DNA from: Nitrosopumilaceae archaeon
GTDB taxonomy: Archaea; Thermoproteota; Nitrososphaeria; Nitrososphaerales; Nitrosopumilaceae
DNA length: 35,383 nucleotides
Assembly: GCA_900620265.3 (NCBI GenBank)
Contig: UYNY03000113.1
Location: forward strand, 17,402 to 52,784
Direction: 5' to 3'
Shown: positions 7,430 to 16,233 of the stretch, in pieces
Layout: every line of letters begins with the position of its first letter
How positions within the stretch are numbered: the first letter of the stretch is position 1
Program-made: the position numbers and the translations under genes
Notes under the pieces: model-generated
What the model was told of the DNA's origin: nothing
The model's input: the letters and a program-made list of their open reading frames with translations, nothing else
Database searches by the model: none

Positions 7430-7453
7430 GGGCCCCGCCTTGGCGCGCCGCCG

Positions 7454-8443
7454 ATGGGAGCAAGAAAGAGGCACTCGCCGCGCAGGGGTAGCCTGGCGTA
7501 CTCGCCGAGGGCCCGCGCCGGCAGCATGGAGGCCCGGATCAGGGCATGGCCCGAGAGGGTGGAGGGAGGCCCCCGGATACTGGCGCACTGCGGCTTCAAG
7601 GCAGGCTGCGTGCAGGTCGTCAGCATTGATGATCGCGACAAGACGCCCAACGCAGGCAAGCAGCTGGTCAGCCTCGGGACCGTCATCGCGACGCCGCCTG
7701 TCCTGGTGCTCGGCATGCGCGGGTACGCGTCGACGACGTCAGGCATGCGCGCCATCTGGGACGTCTACTCTGAGAACCTGCCGCGCCACATGTCAAAGCT
7801 AATCTCGGTAAAGAACGCAGAGGACGCGGCTGGCCGCGCCGAGCGGGCCGTCGGCAGGACCGCCCAGGTGTTCGCGATACTGGCCGTCTCGCCGAGGGCC
7901 GCCGGCCTCGAGCAAAAGACGCCCTATGTATTTGAGGCCATGGTGGGCGGGGGCACGGTCCGCGAGAGGCACGACCACGTGCGCGACCTGCTGGGGCAGG
8001 AGGTGCGCATCGGCGACATATTCGAGGCCGGCTCGACCGTCGACGTGGCCGGCATAACAAAGGGCAAGGGGTGGCAGGGCGTCATCAAGAGGTGGCACGT
8101 CAAGAAAAAGCAGCACAAGTCGAGGAAGAGCGTCAGGGAGGTCGGCTCGCTCGGGCCCATATCGCCGCAGAACGTCATGTATACTGTCCCGAGGGCGGGC
8201 CAGATGGGCTTCCACCAGCGCACAGAGTACGACAAGCGCGTCATGGTGGTCGGGAGCGCCGAGGACGCCGAGGCGGTCAACCCGGCAGGCGGCTACAAGC
8301 ACTTTGGGCTGGTAAAGGGCGACTATGTCGTGCTAAAGGGATCCGTCCCCGGCGCGTACAGGCGCCTCGTAAAGATGCGCAGCCAGGTGCGCAACGCTCC
8401 CGCAAAGGTGAAAAAGCCCAACATACTGGAGATCGTGGTATGA
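7454..8443 (+). CDS. rpl3: 50S ribosomal protein uL3
   Basis: MGARKRHSPRRGSLAYSPRARA is the canonical archaeal uL3 N-terminus. The track start at 7358 adds a Pro/Arg-rich extension upstream of the TATA box. Confidence 0.95.
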   Translation: MGARKRHSPRRGSLAYSPRARAGSMEARIRAWPERVEGGPRILAHCGFKAGCVQVVSIDDRDKTPNAGKQLVSLGTVIATPPVLVLGMRGYASTTSGMRAIWDVYSENLPRHMSKLISVKNAEDAAGRAERAVGRTAQVFAILAVSPRAAGLEQKTPYVFEAMVGGGTVRERHDHVRDLLGQEVRIGDIFEAGSTVDVAGITKGKGWQGVIKRWHVKKKQHKSRKSVREVGSLGPISPQNVMYTVPRAGQMGFHQRTEYDKRVMVVGSAEDAEAVNPAGGYKHFGLVKGDYVVLKGSVPGAYRRLVKMRSQVRNAPAKVKKPNILEIVV

Positions 8444-9228
8444 CCCAGACGTACGCGCTCGACGGGACGCCCGAGGGCGAGGTGGACCTGCCGCCCGTCT
8501 TTGCGACCCCGCTCAGGCGCGACCTGATACGCAAGGCGTTCGTCAACCTCGCGTCGCACTCGTACCAGCGGCAGGGGCGCAAGCCGTCGGCCGGAATGGA
8601 CGTCGTGGCGGACTCGAACGACCCGCCGACGGGCCGCGGCGTCTCGCGCGTGGCAAGGGCCGCCGGCGGCGGCGGGGGCAGGCAGGGGCAGGGCGCCGAG
8701 GTGGCATCGACGCGCGGCGGCAGGCAGGCGCACCCGCCAAAGGCCGAGAAGGTCATCTACAAAAAGCTCAACAAAAAGGAGGGCAAGCTTGCCCTCTGCT
8801 CGGCCATCGCGGCGACGGCCTCAAGAAGGCTTGCAGAGGCGCGCGGGCACGTGGTCGACGGGGACAAAGAGTTCCCGCTGGTCGTCTCTGACGGGATCGA
8901 GTCGGTCTCAAGGGCGTCAGAGGCGCTAGGCGTGCTCGGGGCGCTCGGGATCGCCGGCGACTCTGCCAGGCTGGAATCAAGGCGGAGGCGCTCCGGCAGG
9001 CCGCTTCTCCGAGGCAGGGCGAAGAAGGAGGGCAAGAGCGCCCTCTTTGTCGTATCCGACGCCTCAAAGATATCAAGGGCCGTCGGGGCCATACCGGGCG
9101 TCGAGGCGGTGAGCGCCGGGACCCTGAGCGTGCTGGACCTTGCCCCCGGCTCGGATCCGGCCAGGCTGGCAGTCTACTCGGTCTCGGCCATACGGGAGCT
9201 TGGCAGGCTCGGGAGGGCCCCGGCTTGA
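8440..9228 (+). CDS. rpl4: 50S ribosomal protein uL4
   Basis: ATGA overlap with the uL3 stop. Motifs include YALDG...LPPVF..PLRRDLIRKA, HPPKAEK and KLNKKE. Confidence 0.93.
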   Translation: MTQTYALDGTPEGEVDLPPVFATPLRRDLIRKAFVNLASHSYQRQGRKPSAGMDVVADSNDPPTGRGVSRVARAAGGGGGRQGQGAEVASTRGGRQAHPPKAEKVIYKKLNKKEGKLALCSAIAATASRRLAEARGHVVDGDKEFPLVVSDGIESVSRASEALGVLGALGIAGDSARLESRRRRSGRPLLRGRAKKEGKSALFVVSDASKISRAVGAIPGVEAVSAGTLSVLDLAPGSDPARLAVYSVSAIRELGRLGRAPA

Positions 9229-9491
9229 ACCCCGAGCAGGCGAGGCGGATAATCCTAAAGCCGTACATCACCGAGAAGACCTTTGCCATGATAGAGAACG
9301 AGCGTAAGATCTGCTTCATAACCGACTCTGGGGCCAGCAAGAGGGAGATCGCAGAGGCGGTAGAGGCCCTCTACCGCCAAAAGCCCACGGGGGTCAACAC
9401 GGCAAGGACCCTGTACGGGAAGAAGGCCTTCGTCCAGTTCTCGACCACGGAGAAGGCCAGGGACCTTGCCACGGACATAGGGATGCTTTAA
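9225..9491 (+). CDS. rpl23: 50S ribosomal protein uL23
   Basis: TTG start overlapping the uL4 stop (TTGA). ILKPYITEKTFAMIE...FVQF. Confidence 0.9.
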   Translation: MNPEQARRIILKPYITEKTFAMIENERKICFITDSGASKREIAEAVEALYRQKPTGVNTARTLYGKKAFVQFSTTEKARDLATDIGML

Positions 9492-9522
9492 TAATGGCGT
9501 TACGGGGGCCGGGGCGCAGGTA

Positions 9523-9918
9523 ATGGCAAAGGAGTTCAGGTACCGCGGGATCCAGAGGCAGGAGCTGGAGGAGATGCCCCTCGAGAGGCTCCTCGGCCTC
9601 TTCAACGCCAGGCAGCGGCGGTCGCTGACCCGGGGGATAACCGACAACAAGCGGAAGCTCATCGGGGAGATAAAGGCGGCCCGGGAGTCGCCGCCGTCCA
9701 CGCCGATCAGGACGCACGTCCGGGACCTGATAATAATGCCGTATATGGTGGGCGTCACGGTCAACGTCTTCTCCGGCAAGGAGTTCGTCCCGGTGGAGAT
9801 CCGGGACGAGATGGTGGGCCGCTATATCGGAGAGTACGTCATTACCAACAAGAAGGTCTCGCACGGGGCCCCGGGCGTGGGGGCGTCCCGGTCAAGCCTG
9901 TACGTGCCGTTGAAGTGA
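9523..9918 (+). CDS. rps19: 30S ribosomal protein uS19
   Basis: FRYRGIQRQELEEMPLERLLGLFNARQRRSL...THVRDLIIMPYMVG..VNVFSGKEFVPVEI. Confidence 0.95.
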   Translation: MAKEFRYRGIQRQELEEMPLERLLGLFNARQRRSLTRGITDNKRKLIGEIKAARESPPSTPIRTHVRDLIIMPYMVGVTVNVFSGKEFVPVEIRDEMVGRYIGEYVITNKKVSHGAPGVGASRSSLYVPLK

Positions 9919-9924
9919 TGGTGG

Positions 9925-10383
9925 ATGGGCAGGTACGGATACTCCTTCGAGGGCTATGATCCGACAAGGCACGTGCGCGCATCGATGCGCGAGAAGGGCA
10001 TATCGCCAAAGCACGCGCGCGAGGTAGCAAAGGCCGTGCGCGGGCTGCGCGTCGAAAAGGCCAGGGACTACCTCGAGGCCGTCGTGCGCCGGGAGAGGGC
10101 CGTCGCGTTCGGGCGCCACAAGAACCAGGTCGGCCACAGGTCCGATCCGGGCATGATGTCCGGGAGGTACCCCCAAAAGGCGGCCAACGAGTTCATACGC
10201 CTGCTGGAGAACCTCGAGACGAACGCCGAGTACAAGGGCATGGATCTTGACAGGCTGAAGATAGCGTCGGTAGCCGTGCACAGGGGCGTCAAGGTCCAGC
10301 GCTTCACGCCGAGGGCGCAGGGGCGCGCCACCCCGAAGAACAACACGCTGACGCACGTCGAGATGGTGGGGGTCGAGGCATAG
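9925..10383 (+). CDS. rpl22: 50S ribosomal protein uL22
   Basis: [34 protein letters not shown]...[23 protein letters not shown]. Confidence 0.95.
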   Translation: MGRYGYSFEGYDPTRHVRASMREKGISPKHAREVAKAVRGLRVEKARDYLEAVVRRERAVAFGRHKNQVGHRSDPGMMSGRYPQKAANEFIRLLENLETNAEYKGMDLDRLKIASVAVHRGVKVQRFTPRAQGRATPKNNTLTHVEMVGVEA

Positions 10384-11282
10384 TGTCGACGATCCGGAAG
10401 ATGATCCAGGACAAGTTCCGCGAGATGAGGATGCACGACTATCTGCGCGACACGGTAAAGGACGCGGGGTACTCGCACTCGGAGACCACAAAGACGCCGA
10501 TGGGCACAAAGGTGGCGCTGCACGTCACCAGGCCCGGCCTCGTCATCGGGCGCAAGGGATCCGGAATCCGGGCGATAACAGAGACGCTCGGCACGGAATA
10601 CGAGCTAAAGAACCCCCAGATCACCGTCAAGGAGATCCAGACGCCCGAGCTCTCCCCCAGCGTCATGTGCAACAGGATGGCCGCCCACATCGAGCGCGGG
10701 ACGGCGTTCAGGAGGGCCACCATGTGGACCCTCAAGCAGGTGATGGAGAACGGGGCGCTCGGCGTCCAGATAACCATATCAGGCAAGCTCCGCGGCGACC
10801 GATCGGCGTTCGAAAAGCACACGGCGGGGATCCTGCCCCGGGCAGGCCACCACGCCGACCAGATAGTCGAGGAGGACATCGCCCACGTGCAGACCCCGAT
10901 GGGGCTCATAGGGGTGAGGATACGCATCGCAAAGAAGGACAGGGTCGAAAAGGAGTTCGACCTCTCAGGCGGCCCGGCCGCGCCAAAGGCGGCGCCCGCG
11001 GACGCCCCCGAGGGGGACGCCAAAGGCGGGACGGATCCTGACGCAGGCGCGGATACTTCCGGGGACGCCGGCGCGGATGCCGGCGATGCTGCGGCCGGGA
11101 CGGACGGCGGTGTTGCCGAGCCGGGCGCCGAGGTCGTCGAGGTGGATGGCGCAAAGGTCGAGGTAGTAAAGGCGCCAGGTGACCGGGACGGGGCGTCCTC
11201 AGAGTCAGAGGCAATCGCCATCGAGGAGGAGAGGATGAAGTCGATCGAGACGCACGACGAGGCCGAGGAGGCCGCAAAGTGA
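10383..11282 (+). CDS. rps3: 30S ribosomal protein uS3 with an acidic low-complexity C-terminal tail of about 100 aa
   Basis: GTG overlaps the uL22 stop. Contains a KH domain ([16 protein letters not shown]) and the uS3 C-domain. From about aa 196 onward the sequence is Ala/Asp/Gly/Glu-rich. Confidence 0.93.
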   Translation: MSTIRKMIQDKFREMRMHDYLRDTVKDAGYSHSETTKTPMGTKVALHVTRPGLVIGRKGSGIRAITETLGTEYELKNPQITVKEIQTPELSPSVMCNRMAAHIERGTAFRRATMWTLKQVMENGALGVQITISGKLRGDRSAFEKHTAGILPRAGHHADQIVEEDIAHVQTPMGLIGVRIRIAKKDRVEKEFDLSGGPAAPKAAPADAPEGDAKGGTDPDAGADTSGDAGADAGDAAAGTDGGVAEPGAEVVEVDGAKVEVVKAPGDRDGASSESEAIAIEEERMKSIETHDEAEEAAK

Positions 11283-11482
11283 TGGCCCGTATAAAGAGGA
11301 CCCAGCTGCGGGACATGAAGCGCGACGACCTGCTCGCAAGGATCCGCGAGTCACGGGCCCAGCTTGCAAAGCTGCGCGTCGACGGCGCAAAGGGGACGCT
11401 GAGGAAGGAGAGCGGCAAGATCAGGCCGCTTCGCCGCGACATTGCGCGCATGCTGACGCGCCTGCGGGAGGCCGAGGCATGA
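11282..11482 (+). CDS. rpl29: 50S ribosomal protein uL29
   Basis: [32 protein letters not shown]. The ATG overlaps the uS3 stop. Confidence 0.9.
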   Translation: MARIKRTQLRDMKRDDLLARIRESRAQLAKLRVDGAKGTLRKESGKIRPLRRDIARMLTRLREAEA

Positions 11483-11718
11483 GCGCGCCGGCGGGGCTCG
11501 TCGGCGAGCAGGCCGAGGTCGTATCGCCCAGGAACGCCTCGCTTGCCGGGATCTCCGGCGTGATCATGGACGAGACGATGTCGATGCTGCGGATCCGCTC
11601 GGCGTCCGGCGACAGGTGGGTGCCAAAGGAGGCGTGCTCGTGGCGCATAGCGGGCGGCGCGCCGGTCGACGGATCGCGGCTGGTCGGAAGGCCGCAGGAG
11701 AGGGTGCGCCCGGCATGA
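11479..11718 (+). CDS. rnp1: RNase P protein component 1 (Rpp29/Pop4)
   Basis: LVGEQAEVVSPRNASLAGISGVIMDETMSMLRI...VPKE...GSRLVGRPQER fits the Rpp29 Sm-like pattern. It sits in the canonical archaeal position between uL29 and uS17. Confidence 0.85.
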   Translation: MSAPAGLVGEQAEVVSPRNASLAGISGVIMDETMSMLRIRSASGDRWVPKEACSWRIAGGAPVDGSRLVGRPQERVRPA

Positions 11719-12038
11719 CGCGCGACATCGGCCTCGGGATAACGGCCCCGGAGAAGGAGTGCGACGACAAGCACTGCCCGTTCCACGGCGGCCTGCCGGT
11801 CCGCGGGCGCCTCTTTGACGGGCGCGTCACCGGCGCAAAGTCGGGCAGGACGATCACGCTCCAAAAGGAGGCCCCGGTCTACTTTGGCAAGTTCCGCAGG
11901 TACGCCCGCAGCAAGAGCTCCATACACGCCCACGTCCCGGCCTGCATCAGCGCCCCGCAGGGGAGCCGCGTCCGGACCGCCGAGTGCAGGCCGATATCAA
12001 AGTCGGTCTCGTACGTGGTGGTGGAGGTGAGGGACTGA
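11715..12038 (+). CDS. rps17: 30S ribosomal protein uS17
   Basis: The ATG overlaps the Rpp29 stop (ATGA). DKHCPFHGGLPVRGRLFDGRVTGAKSGRTITL...SIHAHVP. Confidence 0.92.
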   Translation: MTRDIGLGITAPEKECDDKHCPFHGGLPVRGRLFDGRVTGAKSGRTITLQKEAPVYFGKFRRYARSKSSIHAHVPACISAPQGSRVRTAECRPISKSVSYVVVEVRD

Positions 12039-12460
12039 TGGCAAAGCAGGCGGGCAAGGGGGTCGAGGAGTTCCGCCCGTACGTCACAAAGGTGATCCCG
12101 GTGGGCGCCGAGATCGTCTGCGCCGACAACTCGGGGGCAAAGATACTCGAGGTGATAAACGTGCCGCGCCACAGGACGCGCGCATCCAGGCTCCCCTCTG
12201 CGTCGGTCGGCGACTTTTGCAACGTTGTGGTCAAAAAGGGCCCGGCCGAGCTGCGAAAGCAGGTGCACGGCGCCGTCATAATACGCCAAAAGTACGCCGT
12301 ACGCAGGCTCAACGGGGTCAGGGTCTGCTTTGAGGACAACGCGGCCGTCCTGATAACCCCGGAGGGGGAGACGAAGGGGACGGACATAAAGGGGCCGGTC
12401 GCCGCGGAGGCGTCGGAAAAGTGGCCCCGGGTCGCCAACCTGGCGTCGATGGTGGTTTGA
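12038..12460 (+). CDS. rpl14: 50S ribosomal protein uL14
   Basis: TGATG overlap with uS17. VGAEIVCADNSGAKILEVINV...VGDFCNVVVKKG..ELRKQVHGAVIIRQ. Confidence 0.95.
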   Translation: MAKQAGKGVEEFRPYVTKVIPVGAEIVCADNSGAKILEVINVPRHRTRASRLPSASVGDFCNVVVKKGPAELRKQVHGAVIIRQKYAVRRLNGVRVCFEDNAAVLITPEGETKGTDIKGPVAAEASEKWPRVANLASMVV

Positions 12461-12461
12461 T

Positions 12462-13250
12462 ATGAGGCCGACGAGGACGCGCAACAGGGAGATCTGGATG
12501 GCAGACCAGGCGTCGCGGAGCAGGCAGGCCGGATCCGCTCTCTCAAAGTCGCTGCGTGAAAAGTACAAGAGGCGCAGCATCCGCGTCGCGGTCGGCGACT
12601 CTGTGAGCATCGTGCGCGGCGAGTACGTCGGCGTGGACGGGCGCGTCTCGGCCGTCTCCGTGGCCGACGGGACCGTGGCGCTCGAGGGGCTCAAAAAGGA
12701 GAAGACAAAGGGCGACAAGTACGACGTCTACGTGCACGCCTCCAACCTGCTGGTCACGTCCATCAACACGGACGACTGGTGGAGGCGGGCGCGGCTGGAG
12801 GGCAAGGACCCCAAGGACGAGAGCATGCGCGCGCCGCCGGCCGACGAGGCGCCCGACGCGGAAGAGGAGCCAGATGTTGACGAGGAGCCCGGGACCGACG
12901 AGGAACCGGATGCCGACGAGGGCCCCGACGCCGTAGAGGACGGCCCGGCGGACATCCAGGCGGACGTCCCGGATGCAGAGCCGGGCACCGCGCCCGGGCC
13001 GGACACAGAGCCGGATCTCCGGCCCGGCGCCGAGCCGCCGGCAAAGCCTGACACCGCGCCCGGGCTGGACGCAAAGCCGGCCGAGGGGCCCTCCAAGCCC
13101 GATGCCAAGAGGCAGAGGGCCGCCGGCAGGGCCGAAAAGCCCGGCGCGGGGGGAGGCAGGCGTGGCAAGGCGCCCCCGGCGGGGCAAAAAGATAAGAAAA
13201 GGCAGGCCGACGACGAGGAGTTCGAGTATGACGAGGAGGATATTGACTGA
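12462..13250 (+). CDS. rpl24: 50S ribosomal protein uL24 (KOW) with an acidic/Pro-rich C-terminal tail of about 145 aa
   Basis: SKSLREKYKRRSIRVAVGDSVSIVRGEYVGVDGRV is the KOW core. After about aa 115 there are DEEPD-type hexapeptide repeats, and the protein ends ...DDEEFEYDEEDID. Confidence 0.9.
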   Translation: MRPTRTRNREIWMADQASRSRQAGSALSKSLREKYKRRSIRVAVGDSVSIVRGEYVGVDGRVSAVSVADGTVALEGLKKEKTKGDKYDVYVHASNLLVTSINTDDWWRRARLEGKDPKDESMRAPPADEAPDAEEEPDVDEEPGTDEEPDADEGPDAVEDGPADIQADVPDAEPGTAPGPDTEPDLRPGAEPPAKPDTAPGLDAKPAEGPSKPDAKRQRAAGRAEKPGAGGGRRGKAPPAGQKDKKRQADDEEFEYDEEDID

Positions 13251-13960
13251 TGGGCAACATATCGGGTAGCAAAAAGCTAAAGAGGCAGATGGCCCCCCTC
13301 TTCTGGGGGCTGCCCCGGAAGCAGGGCAGGTTCGTGGTGACGGTCCGCCCGGGCCCGCACGCCAGGGACCGCGCGATCCCGGTGGCGGTGCTGCTGCGCG
13401 ACATGCTCGGCGTCGTCTCGACGCTCCGCGAGGCAAAGAGCTCGATATACGCAGGCAAGGTAAAGGTGGACGGCGTCATTAGAAAGTCGCTGCACCACGG
13501 CGTCGGGCTGATGGACGTGGTGGAGCTTGACGGCGTGGACGGCGCGTACAGGATGGTGCCGTCAGGCGGCGCCCTGCTGGCGCCGGTACCGGCCGGCGAG
13601 CCAACGAAGAAGCTAGTCCGCGTCACCAGCAAGACGACCATCCGCGGCGGCAGGACGCAGATCGGGTTCCACGACGGGCGCTCCGCAATACACGACGGCG
13701 GCGCCTCCGTCGGCGACACGTGCCTCATCGAGGTGCCGGGGCAGAAGATACTCGACACGGTGGCGCTGGAGGCCGGCTGCCTCTGCCTCGTGACAAGCGG
13801 GGCCAACGCGGGCCAGACGGGGCGCGTAAAGAGCATCGAAAAGGGAACGTTCATACTCCCTAGGAGGGCCGTGCTGGAGCTCGAGGGGAGGGAGATAGAG
13901 ATACCGACTGGGATCATAATGCCTGTGGGGCGCGAGGGGCCCCTGGTGGGGCTGGCCTGA
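13250..13960 (+). CDS. rps4e: 30S ribosomal protein eS4
   Basis: TGATG overlap. GSKKLKRQMAPLFWGLPRKQGRFVVTVRPGPH. Confidence 0.95.
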   Translation: MGNISGSKKLKRQMAPLFWGLPRKQGRFVVTVRPGPHARDRAIPVAVLLRDMLGVVSTLREAKSSIYAGKVKVDGVIRKSLHHGVGLMDVVELDGVDGAYRMVPSGGALLAPVPAGEPTKKLVRVTSKTTIRGGRTQIGFHDGRSAIHDGGASVGDTCLIEVPGQKILDTVALEAGCLCLVTSGANAGQTGRVKSIEKGTFILPRRAVLELEGREIEIPTGIIMPVGREGPLVGLA

Positions 13961-13961
13961 G

Positions 13962-14480
13962 ATGGCGGGCAAGGACTCGCCGATGAGGCGCATATACCTG
14001 CAAAAGCTAGTCCTCAACATGGGGGTCGGCAGGTCCGGCGAGGCGATCGACGCCGCAAAAAAGGCGCTCGACCAGATATCGGGCAAGAGGTCGTGCGCCC
14101 GCAACGCCAAAAAGACGCAGAGGGACTGGGGCGTCCGCAAGGGGGAGCCCATAGGCGCCGCCGTCACCGTGCGCGGCAAGGACGCGGGGGATCTCCTGCG
14201 CCGCCTGCTTGACGCCCGCGGCAACACGGTCAGGGCCGGCTCGTTCGACGGGTTCGGCAACTGCTCGTTCGGGATCCGCGAGCACATCGACATACCGGGC
14301 GTAAAGTACGACCCCCAGATAGGGATACTGGGCCTGGGCGTCTCCGTGGCCCTCGGGAGGCCGGGGTACGGGATCAGGCACCGCAGCAAGCACAAGGCGA
14401 GGATCGGCAGGTCGCACGTGATAACCGCCAGGGAGGCAATGGACTATATGGCGGCGGAGTTCGGGGCGAGGGTGGAATGA
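13962..14480 (+). CDS. rpl5: 50S ribosomal protein uL5
   Basis: [19 protein letters not shown]...[22 protein letters not shown]. Confidence 0.95.
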   Translation: MAGKDSPMRRIYLQKLVLNMGVGRSGEAIDAAKKALDQISGKRSCARNAKKTQRDWGVRKGEPIGAAVTVRGKDAGDLLRRLLDARGNTVRAGSFDGFGNCSFGIREHIDIPGVKYDPQIGILGLGVSVALGRPGYGIRHRSKHKARIGRSHVITAREAMDYMAAEFGARVE

Positions 14481-14653
14481 AGGACAGGTCATACGAGGCG
14501 ACGGGAAGGAAGAAGCGCAAGTTCGGGCGCGGCTCGAGGTGGTGCAGGCGGTGCGGCGACTATACTGCCGTGATACAAAAGTACGACCTGAACATCTGCA
14601 GGCGGTGCTTTAGGGAGGTGGCCCCCCAGCTGGGCTTCAGGAAGAACAGGTGA
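14477..14653 (+). CDS. rps14: 30S ribosomal protein uS14 (zinc-ribbon type)
   Basis: Hand-translated 58 aa, below the track cut-off: [58 protein letters not shown]. It has CxxC...CxxC and an ATGA overlap with uL5. Confidence 0.9.
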   Translation: MKDRSYEATGRKKRKFGRGSRWCRRCGDYTAVIQKYDLNICRRCFREVAPQLGFRKNR

Positions 14654-14659
14654 CCGTAT

Positions 14660-15052
14660 ATGCCGGCGACAAACATACTTGCGAACCTGTTCGTGACCCT
14701 CTACAACAACGAGGCCCGCAGGAGGCAGGAGTGCACCATCCTGCCCACGTCCAAGCTCGGCACCCGCGTGCTCGAGGCGCTAAAAAAGGACGGCTACATC
14801 GGGGACTTTGAGCACATCGACGACAAGAGGGGCGGCAAGTTCAAGATACGGCTGCTTGCCAGGATCACAAAGTGCGGCGCCATCTCGCCGCGCTTCCGGG
14901 TCGGCGCCGGCGAGTACTCGTCGTGGGAGAGGCAGTACCTGCCGTCGTACGACCGCGGCATGCTGCTGGTCACCACCAACCAGGGCGTCATGTCGCACCA
15001 CGAGGCGGTGCAAAAGGGGATAGGGGGGTTCCTGATAGGGTATGTCTATTGA
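14660..15052 (+). CDS. rps8: 30S ribosomal protein uS8
   Basis: ILANLFVTLYNNEARRRQEC.ILPTSKL...LKKDGYIGDFE...GMLLVTTNQGVMSHHEA...GGFLIGYVY. Confidence 0.95.
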   Translation: MPATNILANLFVTLYNNEARRRQECTILPTSKLGTRVLEALKKDGYIGDFEHIDDKRGGKFKIRLLARITKCGAISPRFRVGAGEYSSWERQYLPSYDRGMLLVTTNQGVMSHHEAVQKGIGGFLIGYVY

Positions 15053-15590
15053 CCCCGAGAAGCTAAAGACGGAGGTCGCCGTCCCCGACGGCGTGAGGGT
15101 GACGCTCAAGGGCAGGATGCTCGGGTTCGAGGGGCCGCTCGGCAAGACGTTCAAGAGCTTCAGGAAGATACCGGTCGGGATAGAGGTCGCCGAAGGCAGG
15201 GTGCTCCTGAGGGCCGCCGGCGGCCGCAAGCGCGACTATTCGGTGCTGCACACCGCGCGCTCCCTCATACGGAACATCTGCGAGGGCCTGGTCGAGGGGT
15301 ACACCGTCAGGATGAAGGTCGTCTATGCGCACTTTCCGATCACGGTAAAGGTCGACGGGCGCGACGTCCTCGTGGAGAACTTCCAGGGGGAGCGAGCCCC
15401 GCGGCGCGCCGCCATCGTCGGGGGGACAAAGGTGTCGCCGGAGGGGGAGGACGTCGTGCTCACTGGCCACGTGCTGACTGACGTGACGCAGACGGCGGCC
15501 AACATCGAGCTTGCGACGCGCGTGCGCAACAAGGACCACCGCGTCTTCCTTGACGGCATATACGCGTACGAGAAGAAAAAGGGCTCCTGA
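15042..15590 (+). CDS. rpl6: 50S ribosomal protein uL6
   Basis: Overlaps uS8 by 11 nt. VAVPDGVRVTLKGRMLGFEGPLG...YAHFPITVKVDG..VLVENFQGER. Confidence 0.93.
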   Translation: MSIDPEKLKTEVAVPDGVRVTLKGRMLGFEGPLGKTFKSFRKIPVGIEVAEGRVLLRAAGGRKRDYSVLHTARSLIRNICEGLVEGYTVRMKVVYAHFPITVKVDGRDVLVENFQGERAPRRAAIVGGTKVSPEGEDVVLTGHVLTDVTQTAANIELATRVRNKDHRVFLDGIYAYEKKKGS

Positions 15591-15874
15591 TGGATCCCGA
15601 GTTCGTGCGGCAGACCGAGGGGCTCGTGACATCCACGCTGGACCTGTACAGGACGGCCGGCGCCTCGCCGCGCGTGGGCGACGTCTGGGGGTGCACGAAC
15701 GTGGGCGACTTTTTGTGCGGGTTCTTCGTCGGCGAGATGGTCGGGTCGGCGCTCAGCGCGTTCCAGGTGTTCCACAAGCGCGAGCCGACCGCCGATGAGC
15801 ACATGGAGATCGTCAAGATCGTCGAGGGGCACTCGGGGCAGATACGCGAGTTCTTTGCAAAGTTCAACGGCTAG
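15590..15874 (+). CDS. Hypothetical 94-aa protein translationally coupled to uL6
   Basis: TGATG overlap with the uL6 stop. The composition is protein-like (MDPEFVRQTEGLVTSTLDLYR...HMEIVKIVEGHSGQIREFFAKFNG). I recognise no family. Confidence 0.5.
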   Translation: MDPEFVRQTEGLVTSTLDLYRTAGASPRVGDVWGCTNVGDFLCGFFVGEMVGSALSAFQVFHKREPTADEHMEIVKIVEGHSGQIREFFAKFNG

Positions 15875-15959
15875 TGTGGCGGATCCCGGCGGCAGACCCG
15901 GTTCCGGCCACCCGGCTCAACCCGCAGGGTTAAATACGGACTGCGGGGGCCGCAACAGG

Positions 15960-16163
15960 TTGAACCCGGACGAGGAACGCAAGTACAGGATCGCGGCAAG
16001 GCAGTACCGTGAGTTCCGCAGGATGCAGGGCATGCTGGGCATAAAGCCGGCGGGGTTTGGCGACGAGGAGGGCATAATAAGAAACCTCTACGGGGACAGG
16101 TCGCGGGAGCTTGAAGAGTACAGGAGGACAGAGGACGGGACAGATGATGGGGGCGTATCTTGA
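15960..16163 (+). CDS. Possible small charged protein (about 47-67 aa), start uncertain
   Basis: Only the 3' part of track ORF 15795-16163 looks protein-like (NPDEERKYRIAARQYREFRRMQGMLG...). TTG 15960 lies about 28 nt after TTAAATA (15929-15935). ATG 16023 is an alternative start. Confidence 0.3.
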   Translation: MNPDEERKYRIAARQYREFRRMQGMLGIKPAGFGDEEGIIRNLYGDRSRELEEYRRTEDGTDDGGVS

Positions 16164-16233
16164 TGGCGCTGCACATACGGCGGCCTAGTCCATTGGAAAG
16201 TGTTATTATCGTGGCTCGGAGGGGTCGTCCACT

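Noticed and set aside
12543-13917. Long minus-strand ORFs (297 aa and 384 aa) across the uL24/eS4 genes.
   Set aside because: They are Arg/Pro/Ala-rich low-complexity sequence antisense to clearly identified ribosomal protein genes. No motifs or promoters are present.
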